Source: Hemiscyllium ocellatum
Lineage: Eukaryota
DNA: 64,000 bases
Direction of reading: 5' to 3'
Assembly (NCBI RefSeq): GCF_020745735.1
Contig: NC_083448.1
Coordinates: 14,754,006-14,818,005, forward strand
The position numbers and the translations under genes are program-made. Position 1 is the first letter of the stretch. The number at the start of each line of letters is the position of its first letter. This document shows positions 55,546 to 64,000 of this stretch, in pieces. The notes beneath the pieces are model-generated. The model saw only the letters and a list, made by a program, of their open reading frames with translations. It made no database searches and was not told the origin of the DNA.

Positions 55546-56394
55546 ATGTTGACCTTGGAACCATGTCATCATCGTCCTATACGGTCATTTCATAATCCCA
55601 TAAATTCATACCCAAGAGGGAACAGTATCTATCCCCCTAATTACACTGTCCCTCTATTATTTCCTTCCCCCCCCCCGCCCCCTGCTCAAATACCTCCCTG
55701 TATCATGATGCTCTGGTAAGTTTATCCATATTCCCTGTAGTCCTCTTGCTTGTTCACACAGCATGCAGGAAAATTATAACTGTTGTGGCACGGTCAGGGC
55801 AAGTCGCCTCAAATGATCCCTGGAGGCCCTATGCCAACCTCACCCGCAGTCACACCCTCCAGTCATTGATCAGACTCGAAATTTAATTTTGAATTACTAA
55901 GTCTGAACGGTGTGACTGGCTCCTGTTGCAAATGTTCCAGATAGCCTTCCTCCTCTCTAATATCGGTTGGTATGTCCAACTCACACTCTGGCTCCTCAAC
56001 TTAGATTTGAAATTGCTCGAGCTGCAAATACTTCCTAAAGATGCATTCGCTTCATGTTCAGTAACACAACATCTGTACATATTAGCATTATCATATTTTT
56101 TTCAATTAATTATGCTATACTCCCTGTACTTTAGAGTTTATGATAACTACTTAAAAACTGTATCAACCTGACATTTGACAAGGCTTTCAAGAAAAAATGA
56201 GAGCTAGACACAAACTGAGTTACTTGATTTAAGGACAACAAATATTCACCATTCTGATTCATGAACTGTTCCTTTCCTGGCATGTATCCCATTATAGTTC
56301 ATGCTTTCTCTCTGCTGCTGGTCTCAGTGCAGGTCAGCCTCTTAATCTGCTCCTTTTATACTGTAAACATTACTTCATGCAGCAAACATCACTG

Positions 56395-57460
56395 AGAGTC
56401 AAAGAGATATACAGCACAGAAACAGACCCTTCGGTCCAACTCGACCAGATATCCTAATCTCGTCCAATATTTGATCCCTCTAAACTCTTCCTCTTCATGT
56501 GCCCATCCATATACCTTTTAAATGTTGTAATTGTATCAAGCTCTACCACCTCCTCTGGCAGCTCATTCCATACACTTATAAAAATCACATATCAGTTTGC
56601 AGTACAACAGGTTTATTTGAAAGTACAAGCTTTTGGAGCACTGCTCCTTCAGCAGGTAGCTAATGAGGCAGGATCATAGGACATAGAATTTATCATTTAA
56701 AATCCAAGTGTCATTCAACTGATGTAATGCATTGAATAAATCTAGATTGCTGTTAAGTATTTAATCACTTAGAATGGGTTTGTAGGTTCCAAATGATTAA
56801 TATGTAAGTCCCAGAATGTCTTTCAAGTCACATTCCTGAGACAACTTAAGGTTTTATCATTATTTAAAAAAGTGACATCTCAACTCAGACAATGTGTTAA
56901 AGGTGTGAGGTTAGAGTCTGTCTGTCTCTAACTTGAGTCAAACTGGTTCTATTTCCAAAGTAGTAATTTATAAAATGTCACATGGACTGACTGCAAACAG
57001 ATCGTGTGCTTTTTGAACAAAATAGAATGTATCTGCAAATACAAATCTGCAAACACTAGCCTCAGCACAAAAATGTTTTCCCTGAGGTCTCTTTTAAATC
57101 TTTCCCATCTCACCTATACCCTCCAGTTTTGGACACCCTAGCCTGGGAAAAAAGACCTTGGCTATTCACCTTATCCATGTCCCTCATGATTTTATAAATC
57201 AATAGAAAGTCATCCCTTGGCCTCCAACGCTCCAGGGAACAGTACCCCAGCCTATTCAGGCTCTCTCTATACCTCAAACCCTCCAACCCCTGCAACATTT
57301 TACTAAATATTTTCTGAATCCTTTCAAGTTTCATAACATCCTTCTCATAGCAGGGTGACCAGAATTGAACGCAGTATTCCAAATGGAGTCTAACCAATGT
57401 CCTGTACAGTCGCAATATGACCCTCAAACTGCTACACTCAATGCTCTGACCAATAAAGTC
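56395..57460 (-). mobile_element. CR1 3' fragment interrupted by a PLE family C pLTR (~56578-57060; degenerate hammerhead 56623-56658)
   Basis: LYRTLVRLHLEYCVQFWSP motif; the insert reads uac-CUGcUGA-a-ggagc-agu-gcucc-aAAA-gc-UU-gua on the minus strand. Confidence 0.8.
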
Positions 57461-59049
57461 AATGGGACTTTGTCAGAGTTAGCCGACAGAAACTTAGATG
57501 GCAACAAGGTTTTATGTGTACAATACAGCAGCACGGCCAGGAATACATTGGAATGACCAAGTCTTGGAGGAGCGAGGGCAAAGATGATGGTTTCAGCAGC
57601 TACAAAACAGTTAAGGCAGAGCCACAGATAGGGCTTTTGCAAAGATGGTCACAGCCAGACTTCTTGTTGACGTGGAAATAGCTTCCAAAACGCACTGATA
57701 TGAATCTTTGGGGGATTGTAAGACATCTTGCCCTTGATAGCATAGTGTCAACATTTGTCATTGATGAAATAGTTGAATTTTGTCTTGCAATTTTTCTACA
57801 ATATTTCACATTGATTACCAACCCTAGATATGCAGGGATATGTCTTTAAGAAGAGATACAGCTGATGGTAAGAAAAGGAACTAAGCAACTAGAAATGAGC
57901 AAGTGTCAGTCCCTTCAAGAGAGACATCCGATCAATGAACAATGGCCAATGTGGGATGAAAAAATTCCAAATATATTGCAAATATTGGCGGTCTCACTCT
58001 GTGCAGACTGTCTTTGCTGTCATTTTCAACTTTGTATTTCACATTGAACAGCAGGCACGAAACACAATGGTCCTTCAGAAGGCAGAGGTCCTTCAGAAGG
58101 CAGAATGCCAAATAAGGCGTGGGGCTGGAAATGATTACGTACACTAATTTCGGGAACTGCATGGTAACCCTGGTATTGGAGAGCTGGATTCTGGGAGCGG
58201 TAGTTTGCAAAATGCTTCTGTCACTTCCCTTATGTCAGCACACAAAACACTACAACTCCCAGAAGCTGTTGTAGGAGTGAGGAGTTCTCGTTCCAGAGAA
58301 TCTGCAGGACAACCACTTCTCAAAATTCAGCAGCTCACCTTCATTTGTGGGTATTTTTTTGTAAAAATAATGTGACCAAGCGCGAAGGAAGAATTGGAGT
58401 TCATGGATAGTTTCAGAGGAGGAGGTGGAATAGTGGGAGGAGATCAAAATCGAGGCCAGGAGCATTACGATTCAACCATTATCTTGCACTGGTGCAGTAG
58501 AGGGACAATGTTTAAGTGTGACAGGAAACTGCTGGCACTGGTCAGTGCCCACTGCCACGCAAATTAATTGATGACAACTTGTTGGACCTTGGACAGCACG
58601 TCATCGACCTGCCTTAAGCACATTATCTCCCTGGCATCTTCTCCCCAACCCCAACAAGTAACCACTCCTTGAGTGAATGCCATTAAAAAAATTTATCGAG
58701 GAACTTGGGTTTCTTCCCTTCTCTGGTTTGCTTTCCTCCCCACCCCCCCCCCCACCCCCACAAACACACGCATTGTTTGCAACTCCATATCACACCTCGA
58801 TTGTAATCTAACCACAACTGCCACCTGCAAACTACAAGTTTCCAAATTCATCCATCTCAAGAAAATAATGAGGGCCATGACAGCACTATTCCGCACATTT
58901 TCCTCCAAACCTGCATTGTACTCTGCTTGAGAATGTGCATGGGTGTTCGGGGGTGTGTGTGTGTGTGTGGTGAGGGTCCGTTTCACCAGCACCTTATGTT
59001 GCTATTTGTGTCAAAGAGCAAAACTGCAACTTTGTGCATTTTCCAGAGA

Positions 59050-60513
59050 TGAATGCATGACTGCAACAAATGATAGTACGTAGCCTTGTGTCACACAGTG
59101 GGTCGGGGGGAACAAAAAAATACACAGATTATTCGTTTTTTTGCAAAAAGAAGATAAACTGCTCTGAGAATGCGGAACAGGGAGTGGTTAAGGTGAATGA
59201 ATGACGCATTTGAGGGAGAAAGTTTTGCAAAGAGGCGAGGCAAGAGTGGGGGGCGGGTGGTGGAGAGAACAAAAACAACACATCGACTGAAGGTCACGTT
59301 GAAAGGGAATAAGCCAGAAAACACTTGAAATGCTCAGCCGGTCAGGCTGCACCGCAGAGGGTGGTGGGGGGCTGAGTATTTCCAGCATCCTCTGCTTACA
59401 CTTGACGTGAGCAACACCGGCCAAAAAAAAAGTTGCACTTTTGCTGAGCAAATGGGAGCAACGCCAGCGAGTGGAGGAAGGCGGCGTCAAGCAGACGCGG
59501 CAGCATCGATGCGGTGGGCCGAATGGCCCTGCGCTGCACGCCAGGAAGACGAGATGTTTCAGATTCCACGCGTCCTTGCAATAAAAGACCTCCCCCGACA
59601 CACAATAATGACAGCTAGCCAGCCCATGAGAGACGGTGGGATTTGGACAGGGGAACAAAACCACCCCCCAAAAATTAATCCGCATTTATGCTTCGTAAAA
59701 CATTCGGTTCAAAGCACCAATCGGGAAAGCATTGAGGAAAGGAGGGGGTGAGGGGTGCAGGAGAAATTGCAATGAAATTATAAAGGGGAGGGAGAAAGGC
59801 TGGGCTGGGAGGTGGGGTCAGAAACAACACGGAATTGGATTTCTCTTATTGCCGCAAAGTGGAAACTGGGGCCAAAATTGCCCTGCGCAGGTCAGGTGCA
59901 GGACTGGAAAAACACACACACAGGGACAGAAAAAATCCAGATCAACCAGAATGCTTCAGAGTGTCAGAGCTTCAGTTCCGGAGTAAAGAGGCGATGAGCA
60001 GGTCATTAAACATCATCTTGTGATCTTGCTTATTCCATTTTGACGCGATCGATTGAGGATCTGAGGAGGAGGCAGTGGGTAGGGAGGAGGAGGGTGGGGG
60101 GCTAAAAAGCACACACGTAACACACACAAAAACAAAACTGGTGGTGATCGCCTTTCTGTCGCGGTGTGTCTGTGCTTTCGTTTTCGTTGCATTGGCTGGT
60201 GCGGACGCGTTCGATTTATTTATTTTATTTATTTCTCTATCTGTCTGTCATCCCTTTTCCACCCCCTTCTCTCTTTGCTGTGCATTTTCTAGTTGGGAGA
60301 CTGGGGCGACTCAGCTGTTACAACATCGCCGCGCTGGGCAGGGCAAAGCTGAGATCGACGTCCCACGCCACGAACTGCACTGACTTTCTGCCAACTGTTA
60401 TCTCCTCTGCAACCCCCTCCTGAAGCGAGAGAGAGAGAGACACAGAGAGGGGGGGTTGAGAGAAAGGCAAAAAAAAACCCTCCCCCCCCCCCCCCCCCTT
60501 TGCCAATCCAGAC
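59050..60513 (+). promoter_or_regulatory. CpG-enriched promoter / 5' UTR region of the CPEB-like gene
   Basis: Repeat-free and CpG-retaining; GC box ~59250, TGACGTGA 59403-59410, CCAAT 59717-59721; strong polypyrimidine tract plus AG at 60291-60292 (possible 5' UTR intron acceptor). Confidence 0.6.
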
Positions 60514-61245
60514 ATGCTCCAGAATGACACTAAAAGGCAACCAGTTTGCTGCCCCTATCTGGAGCAAAACCTGGAGTCCTTGAAAAGTCCTGAGGTCAAC
60601 AGCGGCGATGGGTCCACCTCCTCCTCCTCCTCCTCCCAGCTCGACTGCCCGCCTGCCCCGGCCAGCTTGGTTCTGCAAGAGCAAGGAGGCAGCACTTCGA
60701 CACTTAACGCTCTGGGATGGTCCACTAGCCAGTCCGGTGAGGAAAGCCTTCTCCAGCAAGGAGTCCTGCCGACTGCCATGTTGCTACCCAAAATGGTGCA
60801 CCTGGGGCCCCTCTTTGGAGGGACTTTCCCCTCGGTGCAGCAGATGGGGCTGGCGCAGCAGCACAGGAGATCGCCTCTAGGGCACCACCCTCACCAAGGC
60901 ACCAACACCACCACCTCCGCCTCCCAAAGGAATAGCTACAGCCTGCAGCAGCAGCAGCAGACCTTCAGGGCTCTGAACTGGGGCAGCCATCAACAGCAGA
61001 CCGGAGGAGGGAGTGGCGGCTGGGGCAGTGTCAGCAATAACTGCGGGAGGGGACTGAGAAGGTCAGCCGGAGTAATGGGCATCTCGAACTCCATTCCTTC
61101 CTGCTCCTCCAAGAGGTCCTATTCCAGTCACATGATGGTGCCTCCAAAACTGAACAGGGGCCGCCCGGCATTCGCTTCGAAACCGTGGATGGAAGAGAAC
61201 CCGTTGAGGACAGATGGCAACAGCAACTGGCTGCCTCACCATCAG
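60514..61245 (+). CDS. First coding exon (244 aa, disordered N-terminus) of a CPEB2/3/4-subfamily cytoplasmic polyadenylation element-binding protein; the gene continues beyond the window
   Basis: Motifs FGGTF, QQHRRSP, QRNSY, GGWG, RGLRR and KRSYSSHMMVPPKL..ASKPWMEENPLRTDGNSNWLP align with the end of the first coding exon of CPEB2/3/4 (K.F.S.VIAPPKF..KSWMEDN.FRTDN..LLP). Phase-0 donor cag|gtaag; in-frame stops lie upstream of the ATG. Confidence 0.85.
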
Positions 61246-61504
61246 GTAAGCCATGATTTACAGTTTGTAAATTTAACAGTATGGTGCAAGTATCTGTGAT
61301 TTGTTTTCAACATAACAAGAAAGAGGGGCAACAGGGGGTCATATGGTCCTTTGAACCTGTTCCTCCACCTGTCTCATTTGGATGACTGAAATATTTTCGT
61401 GTTCACATCCGTAACCTTATGGAATGTCGGGCTAGTTTTGCTTATCTTCTTTGGGAGGACAAAGCATCACCCTAGCAATAGTCCAGTGAGCTATGATTGA
61501 TTTG

Positions 61505-61846
61505 GGGAGGTGATGGCACAGTGGTATGGATGGACTGTTAATCCACAGAGCCAGATCATGTTTGGGGAGCCCCGGTTTGAATCCCACCACAGCAGAGGGA
61601 GGATTCTGAATTTGAAGAAAGTAATCTGGATTTAAGAGTCTCGTGATGACCAGAGTCCATTGTCAATTGTCGGAAAAACCCATCTGGTTTACTAGTGTTC
61701 TTTTGGGAAGAAAACTGCCATCCACACTGACAGGCCTGACCAACAGGTGACTCGAGACCCACAGCCTTTTTGGCAATTAGGGATGGACAATAAACGTTGC
61801 TTAGCCAGTGGCACCCTCACACTCAGTGAATGAATAAAGAAAAAAA
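61505..61846 (+). mobile_element. Shark SINE with a tRNA-like head and a LINE-derived tail
   Basis: A-box-like tggcacagtgg, B-box-like ggtttgaatccc, tail ggcaattagggatgg.caataaa..gaatgaataaa. Degenerate minus-strand relatives lie at ~12325-12730 and ~17840-17970. Confidence 0.7.
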
Positions 61847-62454
61847 ATTCTCTCCAAGGTCTGCACATCTTTACTTAAGGCCTCATGAGAAATGATCATC
61901 TCCAGTCACCTGAAGTAGATGAGTGAGTTAATGCAGTGCTTGGTGTGGGATGCGCAGATGTGGGGTTTCAACTTGATCTCTCGTGTGCAGCATAGCTGGG
62001 GCACAGAAAATAAGAGCAGGGGGTCACATGAGTTCCATGTTCAACATGAAAAGGCAACAACGTGACTGTCGCATGGACTGCAGTAAACATTCAACCAATC
62101 TTCCTTCAGTTATACACACACACATTTTGTTCTATTGCTTCTCCTGAATTTAATATGCTATTGCTTCACCACCTTCCATAATATCCTCCACCCATCCAAT
62201 TCTGGGTTCTCTGGCCTCCCTGATTTTCATTAGTGGCGTGTTTCCATCATCCAAGGCCTTCATCTCTGGAAATACCTCTCTTATCTGCTCTCTCTTTATC
62301 TCTCTCTTTCTTCACCTTCACGACATTGCTTAAAATCCACCTCGTTGACCTAACTTTTAGTCCGATATCTCCATTTCTGACTCTGCCCTCACAATTCTAT
62401 AACGTTGGGTTCCTGCAAAGACAGATCCGAATGTTTTCCTATTTGAAAACTGCC

Positions 62455-64000
62455 ACATAGATGTACAGCATGGAAATGGACCCTTCGATCCAACTTGTCC
62501 ATGCCGACCAGATATGCCAACCCAATCTAGTCCCACGTGCTAGCATGGTGGCTCAGTGGTCAGCACTGCTGCCTCACAGCGCCAGGAACCCGGATTCAGT
62601 TCCTGCCTCAGATAACTGTCTGTGTAGAGTTTGCACATTCTCCCTGTGTGGGTTTCTTCCGGGTGCTCCGATTTCCTCCCACAGTCCGAAGGTGTGTAAG
62701 TTAGGTGACTTGGCCATGCTAGATTGCCCATTGTGTTAGGTGCATTTGTCAGGGGTAAATGTAGAGGAATGGGTCGGTGTGGACTTGTTGGGCCGAAGCG
62801 CCTGTTTCCACATTGTAGGGAATGTAATCTAATCATATCCCTCCAAATCCTTCCTATTCACATACCCATCCAGATGCCTTTTAAATATTGCAACTGTACC
62901 AGTCTCCACCACTTCCTCTGGCAGCTCATTCCTACAAGTACCACTCTTTGTGTGAAAAAGTTGCCCCTTTGGTATCTTTTATATCGTTCCCCTCTCACCC
63001 TAAACCTATGATCTCCAGTTCTGAACTACCCGACCCCAGAGAAAACACTTTGTCTGTTTACCCTATCCATGGCCCCTCATGATTTTATAAACCTCCATAA
63101 GGTCACCCCTCAGCCTCCAATGCTCCAAGGAAAACAGCCCCAGCCCATTCAGCCTCTCCCTATAGCTCAAATCATCCAACCCTGGCAACATCTTATAATC
63201 TTTTCTGAACCCTTTCACGTTTCACAACATCCTTCACTATCCTATCTATCTGTGACTCTATTTTCAAGGAGCAATGAACCTGCACTCCAAGGTCCCTTTG
63301 TTGAGCAACACTCCCTAGGACCTGACCATTAAGTGTATAAGTCCTGTTAAGATTTGCTTTCCCAAAATGCATCACCTCGCATTTATCTAAATTAAACTCC
63401 ATCTGCCACCACTCAGCCCATTGGCCCATCTGATCAAGACACCGTTGTAATCTGAGGTAAGCTTCTTCACTGTCCAAAATACCTCCAATTTGGTGTCATC
63501 TGCAAACTTACTAACTGTACCTCTAATGCTCACATCCAAATCATTTACATAAACGACGAAAAGTAGTGGACTCAGCACCGATCCTTGTGGCACTCCATTG
63601 GCCACAGGCCTCCAGTCTGAAAAACAACCCCCCACCATCACCCTCTGTCTTTTACCTTTTGAGCCAGTTCTGTATCCAAATGGCTAGTTCTCCATGAGAT
63701 CTAACCTTGCTAACCAGACTCCCATGGGGAACTTTGTCGAACGCCTCACTGAAGTCCACACAGATCATGTCTACTGCTCTGCCCTCATCAATCCTCTTTG
63801 CTACTTCTTTAAAAAAATCAAATTTGTGAGACATCATTTCCCACGCACAAAACCATGTCGACTATCCCTTATCAGTCCTCATCTTTCCAAAAACATCCTG
63901 TCCCTCAGGATTGCCTCCAACAACTTGCCCACCACCAACATCAGGCTTACCTGTCCACAATTCCCTGGCTTGTCCTTAGCATATTTCTTAAATAGTGGCA
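62455..64000 (-). mobile_element. HER1-like CR1 LINE 3' portion, running off the window
   Basis: DFSEAFDKVPH, GVPQGSVLSP, KFADDTK and WQMEFNLDKCEVMHFG motifs. Confidence 0.92.
62543..62833 (+). mobile_element. HE1-like V-SINE inserted in the CR1 3' UTR
   Basis: A box tggctcagtgg, V-domain, tail ending aatctaat; the CR1 sequence resumes on both sides. Confidence 0.9.

Noticed and set aside
58069-58104. 18-bp tandem duplication ggtccttcagaaggcaga x2
   Set aside because: An isolated local duplication with no array or spacer structure.
61246-61299. CPEB-like ORF ending VSHDLQFVNLTVWCKYL* as a complete 261-aa protein
   Set aside because: A strong cag|gtaag donor sits at the conserved exon boundary; the remainder is intron read-through.
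61246-64000. HDV-like CPEB3-type ribozyme in the intron after the first coding exon
   Set aside because: No match to the mammalian ribozyme sequence or a nested double pseudoknot was visible; the region is SINE/CR1. Most of the intron is outside the window.

Overview
Vertebrate genomic DNA, almost certainly from a shark or other elasmobranch (HE1-type V-SINEs, HER1-like CR1 LINEs, Deu-domain SINEs). It holds three host genes. (1) A complete 11-exon ACTR1B (beta-centractin; minus strand, CDS 33118->17445, 376 aa). (2) A complete 6-exon MARCH5-like RING-CH ligase of the march5l type (plus strand, CDS 33702->45592, 292 aa), head-to-head with ACTR1B across a CpG-island promoter. (3) The first coding exon (60514-61245) of a divergent CPEB2/3/4-subfamily gene. 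Much of the rest is nested retroelements: CR1, RTE, SINEs and at least three Penelope-like element (PLE) families. Main observations: the ACTR1B-MARCH5L-CPEB block looks like the sister of the mammalian ACTR1A/MARCHF5/CPEB3 region, so the CPEB is probably a fourth ohnolog that mammals lack; there are seven minimal hammerhead ribozyme motifs from three PLE families, one fully intact; and a fold-back PLE fragment has its axis of symmetry on the hammerhead cleavage site. All calls come from reading the sequence and from remembered reference proteins. No searches were run.
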